Source of the DNA: an uncultured delta proteobacterium
Lineage (GTDB): Bacteria > Desulfobacterota > Desulfobacteria > Desulfobacterales > QNYZ01
Assembly (NCBI GenBank): GCA_963845145.1
Contig: CAWJQU010000005.1
Coordinates: forward strand, 512,001 to 576,000
Direction: 5' to 3'
DNA length: 64,000 nucleotides
Positions 50,716 to 61,804 of this stretch are shown here, in pieces. The notes beneath the pieces were generated by a model. The model had not been told where the DNA came from. It did not search any database and saw only the letters and a program-made list of their open reading frames with translations. The position numbers were made by a program, and so were the translations under genes. The number at the start of each line of letters is the position of its first letter. Position 1 is the first letter of the stretch.

Positions 50716-51273
50716 TTATCCGGCAGATGTGGCCTCTCTTTTTTCAATACGGGCTTCGATAATCACCCGACCCAGCCCGCCGCAATTATAACCCACATCA
50801 TCACATTGTCCGACATGAAACAGCGGCATTGGCTCAAGTCCTTCCCAGATACGTTCCTGAACAATCCACACCAGGCGGGTCATCGGCGGCATGAGAAACG
50901 GGCAGAGTTTTTCGGCACTGTTTCTGGTGTCCATGGCACCGCTGGTGGGGAAGATAAACTTCTCGCCGACTTTATGACCGGCCATGCATCCATGTGCCTT
51001 GACAATCTTTAAGACGATGGATGTGCGGGTGCATGTTTCCAAGCGTGATAGCATTTTCAGGTTACGAGGATTTTGAAGAAAGTGTTGAAATTGTTCATCC
51101 GAGTACTCCATGACCGCCTGAAGCTGTTTAAGTGCTGCTTGATCAAAAGAAGGGGATTGATCCCCACTTGCAGCGGAATTTGCTGATGATTCGGTAAACC
51201 CGGTGGCTATAAGAATACCTGTAGCGGATAACAAACCTGCTGATTCAAGAAACATCCTTCGATTCATTTTCAT
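50716..51273 (-). CDS. Tat-signal protein with Cys-rich TIGR04076-like domain
   Basis: NRRMFL; GCMAGHKVGEKF, LCP and CDDVGYNCGGLGRV. Confidence 0.6.
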   Translation of the reverse strand: MKMNRRMFLESAGLLSATGILIATGFTESSANSAASGDQSPSFDQAALKQLQAVMEYSDEQFQHFLQNPRNLKMLSRLETCTRTSIVLKIVKAHGCMAGHKVGEKFIFPTSGAMDTRNSAEKLCPFLMPPMTRLVWIVQERIWEGLEPMPLFHVGQCDDVGYNCGGLGRVIIEARIEKREATSAG

Positions 51274-51464
51274 CTCCTCTCCGGCGGTTGTGGAAAAAGC
51301 GACCGATTAGACGATTTTTCCCTTGCGCCCTGTTTTTGTTTAATGACCGGAAACGATCATTTGCTGATGGAAATGTATGCAAAAGGGCCTTGACCTTAAA
51401 GGTGGATAACCGCCAAAGAAGAGAGCGGATGCGTCAAATTGGTGTTTTTTATGGTGTTCTGGGA

Positions 51465-52463
51465 TCAGCTGGCAGGTAAAGCAAAGTCAATGGGGGTGCG
51501 CCACTTATCTCGATAAGTTCTGGGATTGATGCCGGCTATTTGAGTAAAGATTTTTCGAAAAAAGGAGCGGTCTTCATATCCAACCGAATAGGCAACCTCA
51601 TCAAAACTTGGGTTCCCGGTTTCTAACATTCGTTTAGCAGCCTCTACGCGCAGCCGTTGGATATAGTGACGAGGGGTATCTCCGGTAGCCGATTTAAACC
51701 GGCGTTCAAAGGTTCGTCGGCTCATACCCAATTCTCTGGAAAAATCATCAAGATTAATTGTCTGGGCGTATTGATCCTCAAGCAATTCTTGGGATTGAAG
51801 GATTTTTGGGTCTTGATGGGACCGTTGGTATTGAAATGCAATCCACGGTGCCTGGGATATACGATCCAAATCATGCAAGAAGGTTTTGGCAAGTTTTCGG
51901 GCAATATCCAGACCGCAGTATTTACGCACCAGGTAAAGCGCGATGTCAAAACAGGCGTTCGATCCACCGGCAGTGAAGATATTTCCGGACTCTGTGATCA
52001 GGCGCTCCGGTTTGAGGCGCACTTTTGGATAGCGATGGCGAAAGAGCTCTGCATAGCCCCAGTGTGTTGTCGCGATTTTTCCATCTAAAAGTCCGGTTTC
52101 AGCCAGCACAGCGGTGCCCGTACAGATGGCAGCTACATGGGCACCACGATCAACCATTTTCTTTATCCAGGGAACGACCTCCTTTTCCCGGGACAAGGTC
52201 TCATCAATATTAACGACGGATGGAATGATGATTAAATCAGTATCACCCACGGATGCAATACCCCGATGGGCCTGAATCACGACATTTCCGACGCACGTGA
52301 TCGGCTCGCCGTCAACCGACACGATCTCAACATCAAAATAAGGAACCATGGGCTCATCAAAGAGCACATTCCATAATCGGCCGGCATAAAAAAAGATGTC
52401 CAGGGGACCGGTTATAATGGTGGAAGATGTGTCCTTCAAGCCCAGAATCGTCACTTGTTTCAT
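51465..52463 (-). CDS. GlxA-family AraC regulator (DJ-1/PfpI + HTH)
   Basis: ICTG..LAETGLLDGKIATTHW; MSRRTFERRF; VGYED. Confidence 0.92.
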   Translation of the reverse strand: MKQVTILGLKDTSSTIITGPLDIFFYAGRLWNVLFDEPMVPYFDVEIVSVDGEPITCVGNVVIQAHRGIASVGDTDLIIIPSVVNIDETLSREKEVVPWIKKMVDRGAHVAAICTGTAVLAETGLLDGKIATTHWGYAELFRHRYPKVRLKPERLITESGNIFTAGGSNACFDIALYLVRKYCGLDIARKLAKTFLHDLDRISQAPWIAFQYQRSHQDPKILQSQELLEDQYAQTINLDDFSRELGMSRRTFERRFKSATGDTPRHYIQRLRVEAAKRMLETGNPSFDEVAYSVGYEDRSFFRKIFTQIAGINPRTYRDKWRTPIDFALPAS

Positions 52464-52873
52464 GTTGTACTCCGATTATTTATTTTAAAAACGATATATC
52501 ACAACCGGGCCCGATTGAGCGATTAGGCCCTCAATTTGTCGCAAATGCCACGATAAAAGCCGTATTCGACCATTAGCGTGATATAAAAAGGGGACGAAAG
52601 GACGCTAATAACAAATTAAATTTTGTTATGATATGAGTAGACGATTGTATCCACGATTCGTTTTAAAGCGGCAAAAGACCTACTCCTTTGGTAACGTAAA
52701 ATAGGTGACGTAAAATAGATTGAGCAGGACATTGCATTTAAAGGCGGGATTGTCGGTGGTATTGTCACAATGGGTATCAGTAAATAAGTTCTCATTCTGA
52801 TTTCCCGGATCTTCTTCCGATTCCGATGAATGTGGTTGTTTCGTAACCTTTCAGCAGATAGCCAAGTTGTGTG

Positions 52874-53455
52874 TCATATCCGGTCTGTCCCTGTGAGCAA
52901 GGATTTCATTAAAAGGTCGTCTTCAAACAGCTTAACCCAATTTAAAAAAATATTGCCTTTATCCGGACCATATTTCCGAAGGGCTTTAAGTACAGCATCA
53001 ACGGATTTGGGACGATTGTTTTTGTTCTTAGAATAGAATTTGTCGGCGTAGCAGATGATCTTTTCTTCAATGGATATCGGAAGCATGTCGCGCAGGGGCA
53101 AGGGGAGGTTTTGATTTTGAATGTCTGTACCGCTCAGTCCCACGCCGACATGGCGTTCGCAAACCAGGCCGTGTCGGGGGTAGCCTTTTTTGTCCAACAG
53201 ATCGCGCCCCAAGACACCGTGGCGGATATAGGGTGCCTCGCCCTGACACCCTATTTTCTTGGAACGGGTAAAAACAATGCCGATATCGTGCAGCATGGCC
53301 GCCTGCTCGATAAAGGGGAAGTCCGGCGACATGTGGGGCACTTTTTCGGCCACACGTAAGGCACGAATGGTGACCGCCTCGGCATGATCCATGTAGATAT
53401 CGTAAAGCAGCGTGCCAGGGGCGTAATATTCACGAATAATATCTTCAGGCTTCAC
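52874..53455 (-). CDS. HDIG-domain phosphohydrolase
   Basis: MLHDIG, ERHVG and YADKFYSK; GTGA overlap with the prfB stop. Confidence 0.88.
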   Translation of the reverse strand: MKPEDIIREYYAPGTLLYDIYMDHAEAVTIRALRVAEKVPHMSPDFPFIEQAAMLHDIGIVFTRSKKIGCQGEAPYIRHGVLGRDLLDKKGYPRHGLVCERHVGVGLSGTDIQNQNLPLPLRDMLPISIEEKIICYADKFYSKNKNNRPKSVDAVLKALRKYGPDKGNIFLNWVKLFEDDLLMKSLLTGTDRI

Positions 53456-54553
53456 CGATTTTTTCCCGACAGCAACATGGCCTCAATAAATGCATCCAGA
53501 TCGCCGTCCAGCACAGCGTTCACATTGCCTTTTTCCGTTTTTGTACGATGGTCTTTGACCATCTGATAGGGATGTAGCACATACGATCGAATCTGACTGC
53601 CCCAGGCGATATCGTCCTTGCCGTCATGAAGCTGCTGAAGTTTTTCGTCCTGTTTTTGTTTCTCCTGCTGATGAAGACGGGCTTTTAACACCTTCATGGC
53701 CAGATCACGGTTGCGGTGCTGGGATTTTTCCTGCTGACACTGGACCACGATGCCGCTCGGCATATGGGTTATTCGAACGGCGCTGCTGGTTTTGTTGACA
53801 TGCTGGCCTCCGGCACCACTGGCCCGGAATACATCGACGCGCAGATCTTTCTCGTCCACATCAATAACGATTTCATCGTCCAGCTCGGGATATACAAATA
53901 CGGAAGCAAAAGACGTATGGCGTTTTCCGGAAGCATTAAACGGCGATATCCGCACCAAGCGATGGACGCCTGATTCCGTTTTCAGATAACCGAAGGCATT
54001 CTCGCCGGAGACGGTAAAGGTGGTACTTTTGATACCCGCTTCTTCGCCGGGCTGATGGTCGACTATCTCCGGTTTAAAGCCACGCCGCTCAACCCAGCGC
54101 AGGTACATGCGAAACAGCATGTCGGCCCAATCCTGAGCCTCGGTTCCACCGGCACCGGCATTGATGGAGACGATGGCATTATTCGCATCGTCTGTACCGC
54201 TCAACATCATTTGAAGCGTTTGATCGTCGATGCGGATTTCCAAATCCTTGAGCTGATCGGAAACCTCCACAAGCGTACCCTCGTCGGATTCCTCCACGGC
54301 CATCTCCAGAAACAGCTCGGCTTCTTCGAGGTCGTCACCCAGTTTATTAATGGTTTCTATTCTACCGGCGATTGAAGAACGCTCTTTTAATATCGATTGG
54401 TTTGCCTGGGGATTGTCCCAGAACCCGTCTTTGGCAATCTGCTTTTCAAGCGTTTCGAGCCTTTTTGCTTTCCCATCCAGGTCAAAGAAACTCCCTGATC
54501 TGGACGAGTTTATTTTTAAGTTCTTCGATCGCTTGCACAAGTTCGGTGGTCAT
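53452..54553 (-). CDS. prfB: Peptide chain release factor 2 with programmed +1 frameshift
   Basis: ATG at 54553 after GGAGG; MTTELVQ...IREFL then CTT TGA C; SPF and GGQ motifs in the +1 frame. Confidence 0.97.
54481..54496 (-). promoter_or_regulatory. prfB frameshift cassette
   Basis: AGGGAG TTT CTT TGA C (internal Shine-Dalgarno plus slippery stop). Confidence 0.93.
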
Positions 54554-54766
54554 GATTCCTCCTTCAATCAAGTCATGGTTTCGATACAGTATATATTCAA
54601 ACTTTTAATAAATCCAGTCAAGCCAATTGCCCAACCAATTGCTTGATAAATAGCCACAGACTCACACTGACTGACACAGACCTTTTAAAATATCACAACC
54701 AGAGGTGGAAAATTCATCCTTTGCGGTTGTTGTCTGCGCGTGTAGATCGGGAGTGGTATTTTAAGG

Positions 54767-56350
54767 TCACTTATGGGTAGTGCCGGAATGGAGACGGTTT
54801 CTTTTTTTTAACATGAAAGAATAAAGAGTCAATAAAACCGATAGGGCAAGGCAGACCTGGGCAAAAATGTCACCCTTTTGCGTGTAGATGGTTTTAACTT
54901 CCATTAAAGGCACCGGTTGATGGATGGCTGCGGTCTCGAAAAGACCGGTGGTTTGCTGGATCCGGCCGACCGGATCGATAAACCCAGAGATACCGGTATT
55001 CGCAGCCCGGATCAGGGAGCGCTTGGTTTCCACTGCTCGAAAAACGGCCGTAGAAAAATGCTGGTAGGGGGCGCTGGTTCGGCCATACCAGGCATCATTG
55101 GTAAGGTTAATCAATAGCGTCGCCCCATTTTTTACTTGCGTACGGCCCAGTTCGGGAAAAATGAGCTCATAACAGATCAACACGCCCAGTTGTTGACCAT
55201 CCCATTTCAATGTATTTCCGACAGGCCCGGCGTCAAAATCACCCACCTGGGCCACGATCTTTCCGAGAAACGGCAGGTATTGTTTGAAAGGAACGTACTC
55301 GCCGAAAGGTACCAGATGGGCTTTGTCATATTTTGCCAGAGGTTGACCGGATTTATCAATCAAGTAGGCGCTATTGTAATAAAGGGCGGCTTTATCTCGA
55401 CCGTTGAAGGATGGGCTGCCGATAAGAAAATCCGTATCGGTCGCTTTGATTCCGTCTGTAACTTTACGGGTCAGGATCGGGTGGTTGTATAGGTAAAATG
55501 GCGTGGCACTCTCAGGCCAAACGATCAGGTCGGCCTGGGCCGTTTGGACCCTTTTCGACAATTCAATGTACTTTTCCGTTGTGGCCTGCTGGAATTGGGG
55601 ATCCCATTTGACATCCTGGGGAATATTACCCTGAATAGCGGCGATGGTTCGATGGGGTGCATTTTTTATTACAACATCGATCAATTGGATGCGACGGTCG
55701 CCATACATCACCGCTGCAGACGTAACAATAGCGAGCATGATGGTGGCGGAAAGAATAACCCTCACCGGCACCGGGTGATCGAACCAGCGTTTTCGCATCA
55801 CTCCGATGACCGCCAGGGCCCCGACGGTGTTGGCGGCGGCAATCAGAAAAGAGACCCCGTAAGGACCGGTGATATCGACCATCTGGATCAATGACAGAAA
55901 ACGGTATTGCGTGTATCCCAGCAATTCCCAGGGAAACCCGGAGAGAAAAAATGAGCGGATGTATTCCAACCCGGCCCAAACCGATGGGATGAGTACCATA
56001 CTGATCAAGGGTGTCGGCCGCGAAGCCGTAATGATCCAGGCAAGAGCAGCCGGAAAAAGAGACAGATAGGCCGTGAGCAAAAACAGGATCGGTATAGCCA
56101 GTATCCATGATAGCCCACCATAGCTGGTCATGGTATGGGCCACCCAGTACATAAGGGTTAAATAGTGCACCAGCCCGGTAATAAACCCCATTCGGAAACC
56201 GAAGCCGGGCGATGCGTTGGAAATCGCATAAAAAAACGGCACCAGCGCGAACCAGGCCAGCCAGGACAGATCCAGGTTAGGGAACGCCCCGGTTAGCATG
56301 AGGCCGCTTAAGACCGCAGCGGCCATTCTTTTGGTATCATTGTAGTGCAT
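54767..56350 (-). CDS. lnt: Apolipoprotein N-acyltransferase
   Basis: GFPW..LGY, WPES, KAHLVPFGEY, ICYE, TNDAW and RAANTG. Confidence 0.96.
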   Translation of the reverse strand: MHYNDTKRMAAAVLSGLMLTGAFPNLDLSWLAWFALVPFFYAISNASPGFGFRMGFITGLVHYLTLMYWVAHTMTSYGGLSWILAIPILFLLTAYLSLFPAALAWIITASRPTPLISMVLIPSVWAGLEYIRSFFLSGFPWELLGYTQYRFLSLIQMVDITGPYGVSFLIAAANTVGALAVIGVMRKRWFDHPVPVRVILSATIMLAIVTSAAVMYGDRRIQLIDVVIKNAPHRTIAAIQGNIPQDVKWDPQFQQATTEKYIELSKRVQTAQADLIVWPESATPFYLYNHPILTRKVTDGIKATDTDFLIGSPSFNGRDKAALYYNSAYLIDKSGQPLAKYDKAHLVPFGEYVPFKQYLPFLGKIVAQVGDFDAGPVGNTLKWDGQQLGVLICYELIFPELGRTQVKNGATLLINLTNDAWYGRTSAPYQHFSTAVFRAVETKRSLIRAANTGISGFIDPVGRIQQTTGLFETAAIHQPVPLMEVKTIYTQKGDIFAQVCLALSVLLTLYSFMLKKRNRLHSGTTHK

Positions 56351-56730
56351 ATACCGAAAAGCCCACGCCTCCAGCTATTTATGTCCGAGGAAAAAATGGA
56401 ATAAAATAATTTAGCCAGTATAAGGTTGATTGAGCCACTCGGCAAGCATTTCTCATCAATGCTGTTCTCACTAATACCTGCGTTAATATGAAAACAATCC
56501 TTACAAATGGCCGCTGATTGGATATTTTTGCTAAAGATTTTTTGAAAAATGCGGATTATAAATATATTAGGTCTCATTTAAAAATGGGGTGTGGGTTGGA
56601 CGATACACCGTGCAATAAATTGTTGGTAAAATACCATCAGACAATAAATATGGCGAACCGATTACAGGAAAAACGGAAAAACCCGGTGGCTATTTTGACG
56701 CATATCAATTGATGTTTGAAAGTTTTTTTC

Positions 56731-58692
56731 ATGAAAAACGATACCATTCGTCTTAATGGCTATTTCATTATTCTCGCTGTTTTTTGGACCGCATTAATTC
56801 TTCTCCTGTTAACCTACGATCACCATGTGACCCTCAAAAACATTCAGAATCTCGCTCGGATTCAAGCCGTAACAGGCTTGGAAAAGGATATCATCTATCG
56901 AAAATGGAATGCTCAAAACGGCGGCGTTTATGGGTCAATTTCAGCGAAGACCCAGCCCAACGATTACCTAAAGGTTCAGGAGCGCGATATCGCCACCCCC
57001 TCAGGCAAGCGGAACCTGACGCTGATTAATCCAGCCTACATGACCCGGCAGGTGCATGAACTCGAATTAGAAAAAAGGGGGGTTGTCGGACATATTACCA
57101 GTTTAAATCCGATCCGCCCGCAAAACCGGGCGGACAAGTGGGAAACAGCGGCGCTTACGCAGTTTGAAAACGGGACAAAAGAGGTGAGTTCGCTGGAATA
57201 CATGCACAACCGAAGCTACCTGCGGGTCATGCGCCCATTGTTGGTTATGGAGGCCTGCATGGGTTGCCATGCCGCCCAGGGGTATGAGGTTGGACAGGTA
57301 AGGGGTGGGTTGTCAATCTCCGTCCCAATGGAACCCTGGCTGATTTATCGCAACAAAGAACTCAAACAACACCGGATTTTTCTTGTCGCCCTCTGGCTTC
57401 TGGTTATGGTTGGCCTGACCGTGGGGTTTATGAATATGAATCGAAAAATGCAGCAGAATCAGAAGATTCAGGCTAATCTAAACAATATGAAATCCGTTCT
57501 GGACCGGATAGATGATATTGTTCTGCTCATCCACCCGGACACCCTTCAGCTTATCTATGTTAATCAAGCTGCTATTGCGTACTCAGGATACAGCGAGAAA
57601 GAACTTTTACGAATGTATCCATACGAGCTATTCCCCGATGCCGAGCATAGGGCCTATGAAAAGCGCATCACCGCACTGAGAGGTAGTAAAGATAAAAAAT
57701 TCCAATTTGAGTCCACCGTTGTCCATAAAGAGGGGGGTTTAAGTCCGGTAGACGTTCAGCAGCAATACTTACAAATAGACCATGGCGTTGAGTATATCGT
57801 AGCGGTACTGCGCGACAGCAGCATCAGAAAAGAAAATGAGGTCAACCAAAAACAAATGCGCGATAAACTGCAAGCGTCGCAAAAACTGGAATCTGTAGGA
57901 CAATTGGCGGCAGGCATCGCGCATGAATTAAATACACCGGCCCAATACATTGGGAGCAACCTCGATTTTCTCAGCGAATCGTTTGTTGAGATAAAAGAAT
58001 TGATTGACCAGTATCACATGATTATCAATACCGAAAACAATTCTGACCCGGTTTTGATCGAAAATATCGGGCATGCCAGGAGAAGCGCCGACTATGATTT
58101 TCTGGCCGAAGAAATTCCCCAAGCCATTGCACAATCCCAGGAAGGCATCAAGCAGGTGAGCCAAATCGTTCTGGCCATGAAAGATTTTTCCCATCCGGGC
58201 TCGAAAGAGTTGGAACCGGCACATATCAACCGAATCATCAAAACGGCCGTCACCGTATCCCGCAATGAGTGGAAGGATTACGCGGAAATGAGGTTAAATT
58301 TGACGGAAAAGAACGACTTGGTTACCTGTCGGCCCAATGAGATCAGCCGGGTTCTTGTTAATCTGATCATCAACGCCGCACATGCCATTGATGACTATCA
58401 AAAAGTACAAAACAATAGGTCATTAGGCACTATTACCCTTACGACCCAATCATCGCCGAAAATTTTTGAAATATCCATCAAGGACACAGGCTCCGGTATA
58501 CCCGAACCAATCCGCCACAAAATATTTGACCCCTTTTTCACAACCAAAGAAGTAGGCAAAGGAACCGGCCAGGGGTTAAATATCGCTTATGATATTATCA
58601 CCAACAAACACCAGGGAACGCTGAAATTTGAAACAGTGGAAGGCGCTGGTACGACCTTTACCATTCGCCTGCCCAAATCGATTGAAGAATAA
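56731..58692 (+). CDS. Sensor histidine kinase with DUF3365/Tll0287-like CxxCH domain and PAS
   Basis: [30 protein letters not shown]. Confidence 0.9.
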   Translation: MKNDTIRLNGYFIILAVFWTALILLLLTYDHHVTLKNIQNLARIQAVTGLEKDIIYRKWNAQNGGVYGSISAKTQPNDYLKVQERDIATPSGKRNLTLINPAYMTRQVHELELEKRGVVGHITSLNPIRPQNRADKWETAALTQFENGTKEVSSLEYMHNRSYLRVMRPLLVMEACMGCHAAQGYEVGQVRGGLSISVPMEPWLIYRNKELKQHRIFLVALWLLVMVGLTVGFMNMNRKMQQNQKIQANLNNMKSVLDRIDDIVLLIHPDTLQLIYVNQAAIAYSGYSEKELLRMYPYELFPDAEHRAYEKRITALRGSKDKKFQFESTVVHKEGGLSPVDVQQQYLQIDHGVEYIVAVLRDSSIRKENEVNQKQMRDKLQASQKLESVGQLAAGIAHELNTPAQYIGSNLDFLSESFVEIKELIDQYHMIINTENNSDPVLIENIGHARRSADYDFLAEEIPQAIAQSQEGIKQVSQIVLAMKDFSHPGSKELEPAHINRIIKTAVTVSRNEWKDYAEMRLNLTEKNDLVTCRPNEISRVLVNLIINAAHAIDDYQKVQNNRSLGTITLTTQSSPKIFEISIKDTGSGIPEPIRHKIFDPFFTTKEVGKGTGQGLNIAYDIITNKHQGTLKFETVEGAGTTFTIRLPKSIEE

Positions 58693-58814
58693 ATTTTGAT
58701 CCTGTCGGCGACAAAATAATTTTTTCCGCAAATTCCATCTACAATCCTTTGATTGGTGGTGAAGCTAAAAAAGGGTTTTATGGCTGGACGCGTCTTAAAG
58801 CGACATAATTGCTG

Positions 58815-59057
58815 TCAGATATCCTGACAATTTTGAATAATAAGGCCATGTTCGCCCATTAACACATTCACTTTAATTACTTTGGCAGGATCCTTGCGAT
58901 GGCCATGACAGTAGGCGTTTGATAATGCTTCACAAATAATACCTTTTTCACCGATAATCTCCTGTCGAAATTCCTTCAACCATGGCTCGAGAAAACGTGC
59001 AAGCTTTCGTTCATACCAAAATAACCAGCCGTAACCGTAAAATGGCCGTTCGCGCAT
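58815..59057 (-). pseudogene. Fragment of an anti-sigma-type HATPase protein
   Basis: EALSNAYCHGH resembles an N-box; the G-boxes are missing; abuts the IS remnant. Confidence 0.45.
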
Positions 59058-59298
59058 GTAATTTCTACCCCGTGGTAAATGCGCCTATTCGTATGTTTTA
59101 TTATTTATATTTTAAAGTTTTACAGGAGACCACATCTGGTCGTGCTCGGTAATAACAAGGCCATCTAAGAAATGACCAATGGACCTGTTACCATCCCCAT
59201 GCAAAAAGAGGCATGGATACCATGAACGCTAATGAAGTACTCCGGTTTATGGATATGGAAGAAGTACCGTTCACCAACAATTTGGGTGAAGTAGTTAC
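59058..59298 (+). mobile_element. Internally deleted IS66-family remnant
   Basis: Frame from 59171 reads WTCYHPHAKRGMDTM joined to VLRFM..VPFTNNLGE (IS66 transposase-like motifs); ends GTAA... and ...GTAGTTAC. Confidence 0.65.
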
Positions 59299-59446
59299 AA
59301 TAATATATCATGAGGATAACTCGTTATTATGGACGTTATAGTCAATCGGCATAAATGGAGAAATACTTTATTTTATAGGATACAATGCAACAAAACCTGG
59401 CGACTATACCACTAACCGGAGTTGTTTGGAAACGCGAGATTAACCC

Positions 59447-59476
59447 TATCGTTTCGAGCACCTTGCAGAAATTATT
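59447..59476 (+). repeat. 30-bp exact direct repeat of nfo 62296-62325
   Basis: TATCGTTTCGAGCACCTTGCAGAAATTATT occurs at both positions. Confidence 0.95.
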
Positions 59477-59604
59477 TGCTAAGGCCAAAATTTATAAATA
59501 TAGGTAAGCTAGTTCGGAGACCCATATTAGAGCGAGTAAAAAATCTGTCAATATAGGTTTATATGTAATTAACGAAACCAAAGGATAAAAAGGACCCTTA
59601 AACA

Positions 59605-60852
59605 ATGTCACGACATTTGTACAAGACCGACCCTGAAATGGCAGCCATTATTGAAAATGAGGCGAATAGGCAAGAGAACGGTTTGGAGCTGATTGCCTCA
59701 GAAAACATTGTTAGCCATGCGGTAATGGAAGTGCAAGGCAGTGTGCTGACCAATAAATATGCCGAAGGATACCCTTCCAAACGATATTACGGGGGCTGCG
59801 CCTTTGCCGATGCCGCCGAGAACCTGGCCATTGAACGGGCCAAAACCCTTTTTAACGCCGAGTATGTCAATGTTCAGCCCCATTCCGGTTCCCAGGCCAA
59901 CATGGCCGCGCTTATGTCTATCTTAAGTCCCGGAGATACCGTACTGGGGATGGATTTGGCCCACGGTGGCCATTTGACCCATGGCAGCCCAGTAAATTTT
60001 TCAGGGAAACTCTATCATTTTATTCACTATGGCGTGTCCCGACAAACCGGAACCATTGATTACGAGCAAGTGGCGGCCCTGGTTGCGGAGCACCGCCCTA
60101 AACTCATCATTGCCGGCGCCAGCGCCTATCCGAGGATTATCGATTTTAATCGATTTGCTGAAATCGCCCAGGCATCCAAAGCGCTTTTGCTGGTTGATAT
60201 GGCCCACATCGCCGGATTGGTCGCCACGGGACGCCACCCTTCCCCTGTCCCTGTAGCGGATATTGTAACCAGCACCACGCATAAAACCCTGAGGGGCCCC
60301 AGGGGGGGGCTAATACTTGCCAAGTCGGATTTCGGAAAATCCCTTAACAGCGCTATTTTCCCCGGGATTCAAGGCGGTCCTCTGATGCATGTGATTGCGG
60401 CTAAAGCCGTTGCATTTAAGGAGGCGCTCACCGACGCTTTTAACGACTACCAGCAAGATGTCGTAAATAACGCCAACATCATGGCTCAAATACTTGTTGA
60501 AAACGGGGTCGATCTCGTTTCCGGGGGTACCGACAACCACATGATGCTCGTCGACCTTACCTCTTTAGACATCACGGGTAAGGCGGCTGAAGAACTTTTG
60601 GGCCGGGTAGGCATTACCGTGAATAAAAACGCAGTTCCCTTTGAGACGAAAAGCCCGTTTGTGACCAGTGGAATTCGCATTGGAACCCCGGCCATCACGT
60701 CAAGGGGGATGAAAACCGCCCAGGCTGAAGTGATCGCCCGCCTGATCGCAGACCTATTGAAACATCCGGACAACCAACAGAATATGGATCGTGCCAAAGC
60801 CACGGTCAGTGAACTTTGCAAGAGCTATCCGATTAACTCGAACGCCCAATGA
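59605..60852 (+). CDS. glyA: Serine hydroxymethyltransferase
   Basis: [26 protein letters not shown] and GIRIGT. Confidence 0.98.
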   Translation: MSRHLYKTDPEMAAIIENEANRQENGLELIASENIVSHAVMEVQGSVLTNKYAEGYPSKRYYGGCAFADAAENLAIERAKTLFNAEYVNVQPHSGSQANMAALMSILSPGDTVLGMDLAHGGHLTHGSPVNFSGKLYHFIHYGVSRQTGTIDYEQVAALVAEHRPKLIIAGASAYPRIIDFNRFAEIAQASKALLLVDMAHIAGLVATGRHPSPVPVADIVTSTTHKTLRGPRGGLILAKSDFGKSLNSAIFPGIQGGPLMHVIAAKAVAFKEALTDAFNDYQQDVVNNANIMAQILVENGVDLVSGGTDNHMMLVDLTSLDITGKAAEELLGRVGITVNKNAVPFETKSPFVTSGIRIGTPAITSRGMKTAQAEVIARLIADLLKHPDNQQNMDRAKATVSELCKSYPINSNAQ

Positions 60853-61730
60853 GGGGTAACGAAGACATTTTGTCGAAACCCTCTCTTACCGGAGAAGAGG
60901 TAAGAGCGCTGAATTTTCTTTGTGATTCATCGACCCTTCACTTCAGGAAATACTATCGCCAGGGCCTCAGATCCCACATTTTTGAAGTTCTGGCTGCCGA
61001 TGATATTTTAAAGGAAACCAAAGGAGAAGTTATTGATGGTATGCGGTGGTTTCCAAGGGCTGTGCCTAAGTATGTTCTCAGGATATTGCGCACCCGGTTT
61101 AAAACGGTTGACGCCGTTTTTGATGAAATAAAAAAGTATGCACTATTATTGAATTTTCTGGGACCGGACCTTATTGCCAGGTCAAACGAATTCGTCGTTG
61201 AGTATACCGGAAGCGGAAAAAGTGAGATTGTGCTCTGTGGTTTGCAGGAGTTTGTTGAGGGTGCCATTTTAGACCCGTGGTCTTTGTTTGGTCAAGACCC
61301 ACTAGATACGCTTCGCCAATCGAGGTTTTCCACTCAGGCCCCTGATAAAAACTGGTTACCCGTGGCGCTTGAATCCATCAAGACCTTTGTCAGGCATACC
61401 CGGAAAATGATTACCGACACAGGCTATATCCCGGATCTTGCCGGAAACGGCAACTTGATTTTAACGTACAGTGGGAAAATCAAGCTTGTGGATATCAATA
61501 ATATTCTCAAGCTCCAAAAAACCGATGCCATTTTGCTTGATGACAAAGGCTATCCCGCCTGTGATAAATCAATAGAGGTCCTTTTTCTCCTGGAAAAAGA
61601 AATTATTAAGTCCATAGATCTTGCAAAAGATGCCCTTTATGGCCATTTTTTATCAGCGGAGAGAACCCGAAGGGTAAAACAGCTCGAAGCGCAATTTGTT
61701 CAAAATCTGCCCTCGATATCTGCCGAATAA
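60849..61730 (+). CDS. Hypothetical protein, possible protein-kinase-like fold
   Basis: 293-aa ORF with ATGA overlap to gly[15 protein letters not shown] and IKLVDIN. Confidence 0.6.
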   Translation: MRGNEDILSKPSLTGEEVRALNFLCDSSTLHFRKYYRQGLRSHIFEVLAADDILKETKGEVIDGMRWFPRAVPKYVLRILRTRFKTVDAVFDEIKKYALLLNFLGPDLIARSNEFVVEYTGSGKSEIVLCGLQEFVEGAILDPWSLFGQDPLDTLRQSRFSTQAPDKNWLPVALESIKTFVRHTRKMITDTGYIPDLAGNGNLILTYSGKIKLVDINNILKLQKTDAILLDDKGYPACDKSIEVLFLLEKEIIKSIDLAKDALYGHFLSAERTRRVKQLEAQFVQNLPSISAE

Positions 61731-61804
61731 AATGTTCCGCGCTGCTGATAATTGTAATGGTGACTGAAATAGATTTAACTAGTTAAAAATGGAAGAAGGT
61801 GAGA

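Noticed and set aside
52690..52718. 14-bp tandem repeat GGT(A/G)ACGTAAAATA
   Set aside because: Only two adjacent copies with no spacer; most likely a slippage duplication.
59300..59604. CRISPR mini-array or ZTP/glycine riboswitch before glyA
   Set aside because: The sequences flanking the 30-bp nfo copy are not repeats, no cas genes are in the window, and no riboswitch core motifs were recognised.
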